Below are positions 13,579-27,064 of a stretch of 64,000 nucleotides of DNA, in pieces. Each line of letters opens with the position of its first letter. The first letter of the stretch is position 1. Origin of the DNA: Batkoa obscura (lineage: Eukaryota); contig JASVEC010000001.1 of NCBI GenBank assembly GCA_030770535.1, forward strand, positions 62,001 through 126,000, written 5' to 3'. A program made the translations under genes and the position numbers. The notes below the pieces were generated by a model. The model searched no databases. It was not told the origin of the DNA and saw only the letters and a program-made list of their open reading frames with translations.

Positions 13579-15731
13579 TTTCAGAAAAATAAAATCATTA
13601 AAGGGAGTCACTTATAGTTTATAAGAAAAATAGGCCTTTTTCTATTTATATTTATGGGCTTGTTTTTATTCAATCCATAACTTATTTTATGGAATAAATT
13701 TTAATTAAAGCTTGTTGATTTGATTGCTTAAATTTTAGCTAAAAAAACTAGCTAATAAGAATCAGTGCTACTTTGGTTCTGTCTTGCAAAGGGTAAGTTT
13801 ACACCAGAAATTCAATGATATTCTATTCTTAATTATGTTGCATAAATTTTAAATCTAAAAAAAGATATACGATCATATTATGCAATTTTTTCAATAAATA
13901 AGCTTACTGTTTTATTTATAAGGTTTGTATTAATAATTTAGCTATTTAAAAATAATTTTTGTATAATTTGTCATGGCTTATATTTCGATACATATCGGAT
14001 TTAATATGAGTTTAAAATTAACTGTATAATTAAATAAGTAAATGATTATAATGAAATCAAAGATCCTTCTATTGTTTACATTTATGTTCTACTCTATTTT
14101 TAATAAATATTTTCTAATGATTTTGTCACATTTAAAATATATAAAGTAAATTTTGAAACTAAATGGAAATTTTAAGTAAAATTTGTTTTTTCATTAAAAA
14201 TTCAGCATTCTTATTCTAGTCTTTAGAGATAACTTAATTAAGTAAAAATTGAATTAAGGGTCAATTTTTATTTCATATTATAAAATCATTTTAATATAAC
14301 TTTTAAATTCGTAATATTATCTATCCCTTCTGTTTCATCATTTATGTAAACTTTATCATTACGCTATTTATAGATCAAAATTAGACGATAATAATGAAAG
14401 AGGGAAATTATGGGCTTCATCTCCTTTATACCAATTCTTCCTCGAAATTTCATCGTTTTAATAAACCACTTTAGAGCCCTGTTCTCTCGGGAATGTAATA
14501 ATAATTTTAACGCTACCCGTATAATAATATTCTATCCTATCCTATTATTTCTATATGTTGGCTATATTTTTATCTCTTATTTATTAAAGGGGTACTGATG
14601 TTTACTATACTATATTAATACGTTAACAAATATTAATAGCTGTCAATATGGTAATTCACAAAATTACAGAACACTAAATTATTGAAATGAGTACAACTTT
14701 TTGTACTTATCCTTTTGACATTTTTATTTTTTAAATAGTAAATTGAGAAACTTCTAAAAGAATAAAACTTCATTAACTTTCTGTTGTACTTGGTAATTTT
14801 AGTAAAATTTCATCTTTTACCTCAAATAAACCCTGATTTATAATATATTATTTCAGCTAACTAGGGATTCAATACATCTTTTTATTTATAAAAGTGCTAA
14901 AAGTATACCAAACCTAATTTTACTCGGGATAGCTTGTGGTGAAAGTTTAGCTATACTTAACGAAGCACCACAATAAATAAGCAATACTGCCATCGTGGTT
15001 GATATAATTATTACGCGAAAAAAGTAAAAAAGTATTGGCTTTTTTTAATTATGGTTTCTTAAAGAATAATTCTTGCTTAAATATTTATTGCTATAATGAT
15101 ACATGATATTGAAAACAGCTCTAAATACTAGCATACAGCTGTTGCGACTCTTTTGAGACCTAGCCAACTTTTCATTTAAGAGAAACGGTTACGTTAAGAT
15201 TCGTCTAAATTAAGGATCAGGTTGTAAAAAAATCGGCTATATAAATAAATCAACTATAAAAATTACCATTAAAAGTCGCAAAAGAGCCATGGCAACTGTA
15301 AAAAATAAATCATATTTTACAGCTTTAATTAATAGTCCAACTTAATTGGTTGAGACTAATTCGGAAATAAGCTTAGCGTCAGGTTTAACTCAACACTGTC
15401 GGAATATAGGAACCCCATTAGAGCGGGCCAATAAACATAATCCAATTTAATAATATATAAAAGCTGAGATTAGATACTGCCAATTTTAGCACATTATCAA
15501 ACCTGGGCTATTAATAAAGACATCATCCCTTAATTAAAAAGTAAATTGAACTTCGGAATTTCAACCGGGTTAAAATTCAAACATAAAGTGTTCTTAGTAT
15601 CTTTTTATCTTTTTAACTTAAATCAATTAATCTTTTAATCAAAATTTTAACCAAAGCTAAATAGTTGTATAATATTGAAAATAACAGAAACTAATAGACT
15701 ACCATCGTCTTTATTTATGTATCATTTTTAA

Positions 15732-16686
15732 ATGGGGTCTAATAATAACAATAAAAAAAGTGAAAAATTACCTCCAATATTTAGCCCAACTAATAATACC
15801 TCTTATTCCAAAGTTCCAACCACGTCTATCTCTTTACCATCGATTAACTCTTTGATCCCTTCATCTAACAACTTAGAAAGACCAATTTATTTACAAGATA
15901 GCAATCCCACCTTCGATATCAATGATTTAATTTCAAGAGATAACACTCACTTTCAACGGCCTTCTGTTCAATCAGTAATTTGTTTTATTCTGTTTTATTA
16001 AATATTAATTGAACTATTAGGCAAGGTCAAATTCACTCATACCACTCGATGATTCACATTGGAGAAACAATGCTCCTTTAATAAAAAAATTGGTCGATTA
16101 TACACCTCGAACAAGGAGAAAAACAGCGCCTGTGGAAGCTCATTTAAACTTGAGCCCAGATTCGATTGAGAAGCGAAGAAAGAATGCGGAGGCATCGTCT
16201 AAGTCACGAGTAAGAAGAAGAATTCGAGAAGTACAGCTATTTGAAAGGAATCATGAGCTTGAAACTACGGCTGATAAATTACGCGAAGAAAATAGTACGT
16301 TACACGAAAATGTAGCTAGTTTAATTGAAGAAAACTCTAGGTTAAAGCTAGAATTAATTAAATGTCAGAATAGCAGCAATAAAAACAGCAACAGCAATAG
16401 TAATAATGATAGCAATAGGGATGTCAATAATAGTATCAATCTAATGAGCACCAATTCAATTACCAGTAGCTTGTTGTTAGCTAAAAATACAAATATTGGT
16501 AGGTTACCACCACATGAATTAAATACCAAAGAAAGTCAAATGCAATATATCTCTATTTTACAGGAACGATGTAGTAAACTTGAAGAAGAGCTAAAGCAAA
16601 CAAATTTTAATAATCAGCGATTAAAGGATCACTTAAACAGTATAAGTTCTTGGGTTGAGGACTTGGGTAGAAAATCAGAAAAATAA
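15732..16686 (+). CDS. bZIP transcription factor, 2 exons (15732-15974, 16021-16686), paralogue of the 9208 gene
   Basis: GTAATT...TAG intron 15975-16020 is in frame; basic region KRRKNAEASSKSRVRRR plus zipper. Confidence 0.9.
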
Positions 16687-18121
16687 GACGAAATATAGAA
16701 TTAATTAGTATCAAAAATTCTACCACATATTGATTTTTTTAACTTTTTTAGTTCCATTTATAGCTTTTTAATTATTTCTATTAAATTATTTCATTTAGCT
16801 CTATTTTGGTATTTCTGTTTGATTGTTTTTTGTTTTTGTTATTTATATTTAATACCATTTATTAGGTTATTCATAATGTTTATTATTGTTATAAAGCCAA
16901 TGTTGAGTTTACGGTGTTATATATTTTACAATACACAATAGAAGTAATTTACACACATAAAATATCAAAACATAAAATAAAGTATAAGAAATTATTATTA
17001 GAAGCTAAGCTATTACTTAGTATTATAGGACCTGAGTTATTTTTCGAGAAAACCTTATTTAGGTGAATATAATAAATTGTTTCACTTCATAACATTAAAC
17101 ATGACGATTGAAGTGGGAAAAAAATACAACCTTTAAATTTGATGAACATTTAACCTTACCAGAATCTTAAAAGTAATTATACTATATATATAATACATTG
17201 CATATAAAAAACTAGTTTAATAACAATTGGGGTATTAACGCCTAAATTATAATGATTTTTTTAGAAAAGTATACGATCAAGGTAATGTTTATTTAACACA
17301 TTGTTGTCAGTAAACGTATTAATACTTTTTTAAAATAATCGTCAGTATAAATTTTTATTATATAAAAGATTTCAGCTAATCACATTAACCTTTTGAAAGA
17401 GTAAAGAGTCAAGTTTATTAGTTGGTTTTTTTGGTATGGATAAAGTTTTTGCTAAACATGGAAAAAATCGCTTGATAATAATGTGTTAAAAAGTAAAAAC
17501 AATCAAAGATCATGGAAGTAAAGAGCCATAAAAGAATGAATTAAACAAAAGCCAATGTGTTATCGAAAATAAAAGTAGGTAGTCCAGAGAATCCCTTAAT
17601 AAGAAATTTTTTTTTATAGATTGCTTTGCTTTAAAAATAAAAGGAAAAAACATATTAGCTAAAACTGCTTTCTATTCAGAAATAAAAATTTAAATTAAAA
17701 AAAACAGGTTATGATCAAAATCAATCTTATAATATCGACAATGAATAGCCCAACTAACTGTTACTTAGTTTAAGCTTAGATGAATGAATCACAAGTACTG
17801 TTCAATTTTGTAATAACTATCCTATAAATCTTTTATAACTAAAGTTAAAATCCATAGTTATAAATCTGAAATAACCCCAGACTGTTAACTTTATGGCAAT
17901 TTGGAAAATAATATAAAACATTGCTTTTTCATCTGCATTTTTATTAACAAATTGTAGTATTGCAGTACTTTTTTATTAATTTTTATTTTATAACTAATTT
18001 TTGATTATCAGTTTTATTAATAGTTTTATTTTATTATATTTTATTTTATTTTTTAATTATATTGTTTTTTATTGATTTTTTATATAATCTATTATTGTGA
18101 GTTATTTTTTTATTTATTTTG

Positions 18122-18215
18122 TATAAAGATGTATTTTTATGTTTAAAAATTTTACTAACAATTTTTTTGCTTAAATAGCACTTGAAAGATAAAAAAATAA
18201 TAAAGCCAAAAGAAT
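18122..18215. mobile_element. MITE family A, heavily G>A/C>T decayed
   Basis: Colinear with intact copies, with G/C mostly replaced by A/T. Confidence 0.7.
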
Positions 18216-18553
18216 AATTGAAGAATATATATTTATAAAATATTACTTAATATAACTAATAAAAAGTTAAAAATATAAATAAAGTCTAAAATTTAATTAT
18301 ATAATAAAATATAAAGATGTCTAAATTAGTTTCAGAATTTACTTAAAAATCAACCCAAATTTTAAAACTTTAAAACTATAAATTTTTAATATGTAATTAA
18401 TTAAGTTTAAAAAGCTTAAAATTAAATCTTTTTATTTTTTTTAAATAATTAATTTTTTTTAATTATATAATTATTTGACTTTACTTTCTATTAAAATAAA
18501 AACAAAATACAAGCTTTTATAGCTAAATTTCAATATAATAAAAAAAAGCATAT

Positions 18554-19009
18554 TATGGGGATATATTTTCTTGTTAAATAATTTTACTAATAATTTTTCC
18601 TCTCAAATTGCACCTAAAAAACGGAAAAAATAATGAAACCAAAAAAACACCCTCTTATATAAACATTGTAATTGATTTACATTAATTTTAACAACTATTT
18701 ATAATAACTTAAAATTTATAGAATTTTATAATAAAATATTAATATGAGGGTGCTTTTTTTGGTTTCATTATTTTTTCCGTTTTTTGGGTGCAATTTGAGC
18801 AGAAAGATTGTTAGTAAAATTCTTGAACAAAAAATACATCCCCATATTATAATCTATTATTAAAAATATTAAAAAAATTAAAAACAAGCAAATTGAAATT
18901 ATTATATGGGTATGTTTTTTTTGGTTTCATTACTTTTTCCATTTTCTAAGCGCTATTTGAGTGGAAAATTGCTAGTAAAATTCTTAAATAAAAAAATACA
19001 TCCCCATAT
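18554..19009. mobile_element. Cluster of three MITE A copies (about 18554-18659, 18742-18847, 18903-19009)
   Basis: Each copy has ATGGGG/ATGAGG...CCCCATAT-type ends and the shared core. Confidence 0.88.
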
Positions 19010-19076
19010 AATATTACTTAATAATCTAATTATTTCATTAAGATTTAATTAAAAAAATAATGATGATAAATATCTA

Positions 19077-19619
19077 TGTGAAATATTGGTTCATCAGCTC
19101 TATAATTGATTATCACATAATAATCACTTAACTTGTTTACAAAACTAGTTATAGCCTTGTATCCAATTTGAACGTGATTCATGTGATATAATCAATCCAA
19201 AGTTCCTTATTTAGATTTGCTGTGAGAATACCTACCGCCTAGTCATGAATAATTTATTATCCACATTTTAGTGTCCATACTTGGCAACTATAATAAGGAA
19301 TAACTATTATCATGTTCCTTATATAGCCACCCAGTTGGAGTATAAAATAGATTCTTCAACATAATAGCTCGAGGCTTTTTAATTGAATTACTCCCTGATA
19401 TCTTACCCTTAATAAAACCACTAAGTCTTATAGTATTTTACGTAGATTTTACATTAGTATCTTCTATTCTATTTGTTTTACATAGTTCGTAGCTTATTAC
19501 GTACTATTTCTATTAAGTTAAGTCTATCTTAGTTATATAAACTAAGATCGTTCGACTCAAGGCTAGTTAATTAAGCTAGAACTGCTTTCAACTCCAACCA
19601 CTGAGTAACAACATTCACA
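19077..19619. mobile_element. Solo LTR, longer variant (~543 bp)
   Basis: TGTGAA...TTCACA termini; homologous to four other copies; flanks TCTA/TTTA. Confidence 0.85.
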
Positions 19620-20106
19620 TTTATCAGATAATATATAAAAGTATTTTTCTGGTTTTATCCTTTTTTCTATTTTAATAATTCAAAAGATAAAGCAGTAGCT
19701 AGGTTAATATTTTTTTAAATATATATTAAGCAATTTTAAAAATATAACAAAAAAATTAATTTATATAGTATATGTGCTTAGTATGCAACTAAAAAAAAGT
19801 TATTTGAAATAAAATAAAGATAAAAAACCTTTTAATAAAAAAAAAAGCTATATAAATTACATAAATTTTATACTAATACTTGAAAAATATATTTAGTAAA
19901 ACTATTAAAAAATTAAATAATAAAAGTTATATAATAATTTTAAACTTAAACAAAATATAAAAATAAAAACAAGACCAGATCTAATAAATTTTAAAATTTA
20001 AGATTTTTATTTGTAAACATAATAAAATTAATAATTTAATTGTTAATAATAAGAAAATAAATATAATTTTTAAAAAATATGAAAAAAACAATAGAAATAT
20101 AACAAT

Positions 20107-20571
20107 TGTGAAATATTGGTTTATTAGCTCTCGGATTGATTATAACACCAACAATCACTCAAGTTGTTGTGTTCTCAAGTTCAAACACAATCAACTCAGA
20201 GTCCCTTATTTTGATTTGCTGTGAGAATTCCTAACTTCATGTTGCAAAGAATATTATCTTCTGGTTTTGATATCCATGCTTATTGGAGTATAAATGAGAT
20301 TCTTCAATATGATAACTCGAGGCTTTTTAACTGAATTACTCCCTGATATCGTACTATTAATAAAGCTACTAAGTTTTTCTGACAACATCTTACGTAGATT
20401 TTACAGTAGTATTGTCTATTCTATTTGTTTTACATAGTTCGTAGCTTATTACGTATTATTCTTATCCATTTAAGTCTACCTTAGTTATATAAACTAAGAC
20501 CGTTCAACTCAAGGCAAGTTAATCAACCAAGAACTGGTTTTAACTCCTACCACTGAGTACCAACTTTCACA
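20107..20571. mobile_element. Solo LTR (~465 bp) inserted in an (AACAATAGAAATAT)n minisatellite
   Basis: TG...CA termini; CAAT direct repeat on both sides. Confidence 0.88.
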
Positions 20572-20599
20572 CAATAGAAATATAACAATAGAAATATAA

Positions 20600-21185
20600 C
20601 AATAAACTATATTGTTATTCAGTATCTGATAAATTAAAAAAAAGTGATATAATTCTAATTAAAGTTATAAAATTTATAGAAAATACAAAAATTAAAAGAT
20701 TAACCCTAGCTTATCTTATAAAAATAACAGAACTTAAAAGTTCTAATATTTACTAAGCAAGCAAATAGCTTATTAAATGATAAAGATCAATTATTAAATG
20801 TTAATATTAACTTATTAATAGTTAAGTTAATAAATAATCAAAAAGCAAGTAGTTGTAATAAAAAATAAAAACTATTATTATATTGCTTATATTATATAAG
20901 AATGATTAATTATAGGGATAGTTAATTGTAGTTTTAGGGCTAATCACTCCCTCCCATGTAGCTACTTATTAACTTAGTGATATATTAATAATGTAATTAT
21001 AATACTAAAATAATTTATTTATTTGATAGCAAATCTACAATATTGGCTATGAATCAGCTAATGATAAATATTTGTTAATAAAGTTTTATAGAAATATGCA
21101 TTTATTTATATACTACAACTTTGATTAATATTAATATATAGGTTACATTAGTAAAGGCCTTGCTAATCTGGGAATTTGTATTAAA
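20600..21185. repeat. Dispersed repeat family C (~580 bp), probable decayed transposon coding fragment
   Basis: Reverse-complement homologue at about 61562-62145. Confidence 0.75.
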
Positions 21186-21244
21186 TTTAGTAGAGATTCT
21201 GCTAACTTACAATATAAATTATAATAAAATAATTTAAACCTGTG

Positions 21245-21349
21245 TTGAGTGCTTTTGCTTTTTAACAAAGAATATTTTTATAGAATCTTAAGCAAAGTTT
21301 TTAAATATAAGGATGTTTTTTTTGGTTTCCACTTTTTGCATTTTTTAAG
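21245..21349. mobile_element. MITE family A
   Basis: Shared core and TCCCCATAT end. Confidence 0.82.
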
Positions 21350-22896
21350 CGCTATTTAAGCAGAAAGATTATTAGTAAAATCCTTAAAGAAAAAAATATA
21401 TCCCCATATTATTATTTACAACTACATACCATTTTTGTGCTTTTTGTTTATTAGTATATAATATTATGTATAAACATAAAGTATTGTTCGTAAAATGATA
21501 ATATATTGAAACTATATTAACACTAATTTAGTATAATTTTAATTAAAACGATAAAATTAATAATGATATTCAAAGTATATCAGTGCATTAATACTATTAG
21601 TATTATAATTTTTACCAGCATTTATAAAAATAATAAGACCAAGATCAATTAAAAAATAGAAAAATAATATCCCTATAATAATTTATTAAAATTAAAACTA
21701 TTATTATTGTTGTTGTTATAATAATATTAAAAATAAATTACCTCTTATAGTATTATTAATACTAATAACGATATCAAACATTATAGTGATATTAGTAATA
21801 CAATTTAGTCATTATTATCATAAGATTAGAATTATTGTTATTATATATTAAAATAATTGTATATGTAAGATTTAACTGATAGATTCGAAAATTAAATATT
21901 ACAGGACTTCATTTTATGTGATTTAACGTAATTACTAAAAAAGTAAACATCGATTTAAATGCATTTTATTATCAATTTGACCAATAGGCAATAATTTCAT
22001 ATGACATTTTTAATGATGAAAATCGCATTTTATTGGTTTGGTTTTTGACTCCCTTATTTGAATTATCAAATCAATTGCAAAGTTATCAAATTAAAAGAAG
22101 GGACTTATTATATAAAGGTAAGCTGATTCTATTCAATAGTTTGTAGTTGATATTTGATATAATAAAAGAGTTAAAAATGCATTATTGGTATAGTTTTATA
22201 AATTATATATTGAGAGGAAAGCTTGATAATTTAAATTTAGAAAAATGTTTATTAAGAGGAGTTTGGGGCTTGTAAACTCAAGATAGTGTTAGAATATTAA
22301 GAGGAGTGGAACTAAATTTTATTCCAAAACTTTTTGTTTACGTGGTTTTAGGATTTATTTTAATCTAGATTTGAGGATTAGAAGACTATATAAACTTCAA
22401 GTAGATAGAAGTTATACTTATCAATAAAAATAGCAATACAAATTGTTAGAATTATCTTAACACATGCAATAATTTGATTATCATGGATTGTTTAATACTA
22501 TTTTATATATTAATTATATTATTATTAAAAATCTAATAATAGTAAAATGAATAGTAGTAACATTTTGTAAGCATAAATTTTATAATGAATCGTGTTACTT
22601 TTGTAACCATTAAATTTTCAATTGGCTCAATGAAATAAAAGATGACGCAGATAATGATCTAATTACAATACCGTATCTTTACCATATTTAAGCTAATATT
22701 CACTTTTATTAAGTTTGAGCCAAAACAATATGAACCATTCAGCTATAATTAGCATTATAAGATTCTTTATTAACCAATAAAAAGAGCACGGCCAAATACT
22801 ATAAAGATTAGAAAAACAATAGTAACTACATAAAAGATATAAAAAATATAAGACTAGCTCACGACTTCTTTTTTATAAAACAGACAAAAATTTCAA

Positions 22897-23753
22897 ATGG
22901 CCTATAATCCATCCGCTGGTGCAAATACTCCAAGTAGTAATGATTCTTATCAAGAAACATTAAGAAAACAACAAGAAGTTCAACAACAACAATTACAAGC
23001 TCAAATTGATCAACAAAATCAAATTATTAATAATCATAATGAAAGTATTAAACAACATCAACAACAACAACTTGATCATTTAAAGAATCAAGGTGGTTAT
23101 AATAGTAGCAATAATAGCTCAAGTTCAAACAACAATAATAACAACTCAAGCTCTAATAATAACAATAACAATAACAATGATAGTTATAAACCATCCGAAA
23201 ATAAGGTACAACAAGAGCAACAGCAACAGCATGATAACAATAACAACAATAATAATAACAATAACAATAACAATGATGAAAAGAAGAATGAAAATGAGCA
23301 AAAGAACGAAGAAGAAGAAGATCAAAATCAAGGTTGGAAGGTAATTAATTTTAAACTATAATAATAATAATAAATTTTTTATCTAAATTTCATTAAAATT
23401 AGATTGCTGCTGGTGTTGGTGGTGGATTATTAGCTGCTGGTGCCGCTGCTGCTGGTGGTTATATGTTAAATCAGCATCTTAAAAAAAATAAAACTCAAGA
23501 AGAAGAAGCTGCTTATAAACAAAATCAAGTTAAAATGCAAAGTAGTAATACTCCAGGATATGCTTCTAATTCTACTCAATCTGGCAACCACGGTAATCAA
23601 TCTTCAGGTTATGGTAATCAACCTTCAGGACAACAAGGTTACGGGAATCAATCTTCTGGTTATGGTAATCAATCTTCAGGCAATCAAAGTCAACAAGGTT
23701 ATGGTAATCAAGGACAACAAGGTTATGGTAATCAAGGACAAGGTCGTTATTAA
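22897..23753 (+). CDS. Q/N-rich low-complexity protein with glycine-zipper-like hydrophobic segment and GYGNQ repeats, 2 exons (22897-23340, 23403-23753)
   Basis: Phase-0 intron 23341-23402 gives WK|IAAGVGGGLLAAGAAAAGGYMLNQHL; same architecture in the paralogue at 30186. Confidence 0.85.
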
Positions 23754-23966
23754 TTAAAATACAATAATGAATTAAAATAAAAATATAATAATCAATTCGT
23801 TTATTTGGATTAATATTTAAGGTTTTTTAGAATTATCAGTGGTAAATAGGTAAAGTAAGTACATCGATTGAAAAAATAAGTAGCAATAAATGAATCAATT
23901 TTAACTCATTTTATGATTTTTTATTAGTTGTTGGTAGGTAAAACTATACATGTTAATAATAAAACA

Positions 23967-23967
<1 letters not shown>

Positions 23968-24005
<38 letters not shown>
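23968..24005. repeat. (AAT)n microsatellite
   Basis: Direct reading. Confidence 0.9.
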
Positions 24006-24598
24006 TAGATTTATCTCTAAACATTTCAACTTTAAGAATTATTATTGGTAATTAAAGATATATTGATAAAAAACAAAGAGTTATTGTAATAATAAGTTGA
24101 TTCGTTTTAAACATATTTAAGATTTCTTTAGATTCATTTTTAATTAGTAAACATATATATATAAATGGTTTCTTTTCATTTGAAAATTTTATTAAAAAGT
24201 CTTTCACTTGTATATTAGTAAAAAGATATTAAAAAAAGGACTTAATTCTATAATAGTAATAAAATCTAATGATCAAATAGTAGAATTAAAAAAGTGATTT
24301 ATTTTAAACATATATTTGAAATTTTTTAATATTATCAATACTAGGTAATATATATATATAAAATAAACTTATAATATAACAATAAGAAATAATGATTTTA
24401 TATTAATTTCATTTTAGAAACAAAAATGCAAAATCGTTATTAAAAATAATAATAAAATAAAAACAATAACAAAAAAATGAATTTTATTTGAAGCTCATAT
24501 TTAATCTACTTTAGTATGAGTTATTCTTGATTTTTAAAAGGTAAATCAGAAATAGAAAATATCATTTAGTTATTTCTTCTATTTCTCTCCTTATTCTT

Positions 24599-24808
24599 CT
24601 ATTCCTTTTGGTCCTTATTATTATTATTATTATTATTATTAGGTACAGGTACATCCGAAAAGTCGTCTTGTTTGACTGCTCTCATAGAATAAAAAAAGAT
24701 GGAAGTAGAAAATAATACTAAAGATAAGCCTAATAATTGATTTTTATATCGATATTTTTTACTCGCTCTTTCTAATACCGTTTCATATGTTTTTCCAAGA
24801 TTCTTCAT
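24599..24808 (-). CDS. COA3: Cytochrome c oxidase assembly factor 3 (Coa3 family), 69 aa
   Basis: RA..KY..KN.LLGL, one TM helix, then YSMRAVKQDDFSDVPVP, matching the fungal Coa3 pattern. Confidence 0.8.
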   Translation of the reverse strand: MKNLGKTYETVLERASKKYRYKNQLLGLSLVLFSTSIFFYSMRAVKQDDFSDVPVPNNNNNNNNKDQKE

Positions 24809-25119
24809 GATTTCAAAAAGTTAAAAATTCAAATTGTTGATTTTGGTTTTTAAAGTAAAGTTTTTTTTAGATTGAAATTGATTGGTTGATAGAATATTGA
24901 AAAAAGGTTGTTGGCTTAGTTGATAAATGAATTAGATGATAATATACAAATAGAAAAAGTTTTAACTATATTATTGTATAGAAAATAATTCTAATTATAG
25001 GGAATATTAATAAAGATCAAAGAAAATTCCACTCGTTTTATAAAAAATAATCAATTTTTTTTATAATTTTAAAAAACAAGTCAATAACACCCAAATTTAT
25101 GATATTCTTTTTGATTTTA

Positions 25120-25223
25120 ATATGGGGATATATTTTGTGTTTAAGAATTCCACTAACAATTTTTCCGCTCAAATAGCGCTTAGAAATAGAAAAAGTGATG
25201 AAGTCAAAAAAACATCCCCATAT
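25120..25223. mobile_element. MITE family A in the COA3/QNG1 divergent intergenic region
   Basis: ATATGGGGAT...CATCCCCATAT. Confidence 0.9.
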
Positions 25224-25563
25224 ATTAATAGTTTTTCTTAATTTTGTTACATAAAAATAGATCAAAAGATATTGATTTTCAATTCTCATTTTCTTACATT
25301 TTTGAAAGCCGCAAAAAAAAAAATAAAGACCAAAAAAATTGTTGTAACTTTATTATAATTTAGTTGATTACTCATTTAAGAATAAAATTTTATTTTATTA
25401 GTTAAAATTCAATGATTAAGCTTTATAAAAACCAAATAAGTAAAGAATGGTTCTAAAAATTCTTGCAAAATTTATTATAATAGAATTAGAATATCTGTAA
25501 AAAAATAAGATCTCGAAAATTAAAAACAAGCAAAATTCAAACCATTTTGAATTTTGTTTTAAG

Positions 25564-26092
25564 ATGACCATTCTTCCTGAAATTATGAATCTTAACCCGG
25601 TAGCTCAAAGTGCTCAATTTATTTATGAGGTAAGAAACTTCTATTTCCAACTTTCAATAAAATATCAATTCCAATATTAATCTTGAATTTTATTAGAATA
25701 GTGAATATGTTAGTATCAATTTGGAAAATGTAGAAAAATTTTGCCAGAAACTTGAAGCTGATATCAACGACGTTCCATTTAATTATTTAAATTGGTCATT
25801 TCATGAGTTAAATCCAAATCCTGATTTTGAAAAAGCATTAGAATGGTAAGGAAAATATTATCCTTCTCATTAAATGAAATATTAATCTTAATTTATTTTT
25901 TATTTTAAAAATTAATTTGTATATTTAGGATTTTTCTTGTTGATTCTTTAAATTTTTCATTTTGGAGTGATTTAGAAATTAATAATGATATTAATCATAT
26001 TAAAAAATATAAATATGGAGTTTTGTATAAGGGAAAAATTTATCAAGGTTATTGGTCTTTACCAGCAATTATTAATCGAGGTAAGTTAATAA

Positions 26093-26134
<42 letters not shown>

Positions 26135-26973
26135 TTATAAATGATAATTAATTAAATAAACTAAAATAATGTTTTATAGCCTTAGATAATGGTATTGATT
26201 TATTAAATTTTAATACAATATTATCTATGACAAGTGAAGAATTAAAGCAATTATTTTATTCGGATTACTCTTTAATAGAACCTTATCCGCCTTTAATACA
26301 AGAAAGAATTTTTGTAATGAAACAAATCAGTTCTGTTATGATCTCCAAATACAATAATAAAGTTGAAAATTTAATTCAAAAAGGCAATAAAGATGCAATT
26401 CAATTAATGACTATAATAACTCAAGATTTTAATTGCTTTAAAGATCAATGTGAGTTTTTAGGGAAAACAGTCCAATTTAATAAAAGAGCTCAAATTTTTA
26501 TTGCTGATATAGCCGCTTATTTAGAATATAAAAACTTAGGAGAGTTTAACAATATTAATCAAATTACTATGTTTCCAGATTATAGGTAATTAATGAAATT
26601 GTAATTTTTCTTAATAAAATTTATTAATCCTCTTTTAAATTATTATAGAGTACCTCAGACTTTGTTAAAATTAGGTAAATTAAAATTCCCTTCACTGTTA
26701 ATTCATATTAATTTATATATAGGAATCTTAAAATATAATGATAAATTAATGAACAAATTAATTCAAAATGAAGCAATAGATTATGGTCAACTTGAAGAAA
26801 TGGAAATACGTGGTAATAGTATTTGGGCAGTAGAATTAATAATACAACAATTAAATAAAAAATTCAATTTAAATGCAATTAAAATGGATTTTTATCTTTG
26901 GGAATATGCTCAACATTATAAATTACATTCCTCCAATTATCCAATTCATAGAACTAGATCCATTTATTATTAA
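25564..26973 (+). CDS. QNG1: Queuosine nucleotide N-glycosylase / queuosine salvage protein (DUF2419, C9orf64-like), 6 exons
   Basis: Spliced motifs WIFLVDSLNFSFW, GYWSL, KRAQIFIADI, ITMFPDYRVPQ, EMEIRGNSIWAVE, DFYLW and PIHRTRSIYY; five GT-AG introns restore the frame. Confidence 0.93.
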
Positions 26974-27064
26974 ATATTATTAGAATAGAATAAAATAAAA
27001 ATTAATATAAAAATTATTTATTTTTATTTTATATTTTTATTTATATTTTTATTAATTCTACTTA

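Noticed and set aside
18554..19009. Regularly spaced repeats suggesting a CRISPR-like array
   Set aside because: Units are ~105 bp TIR elements in mixed orientation, dispersed across the window; eukaryotic context and no cas genes
25038..25289. 83-aa ORF, and similar ORFs at 44425 and 59054 sharing KRYLSGK-like or reverse-strand peptides
   Set aside because: Translations of MITE A sequence, not genes
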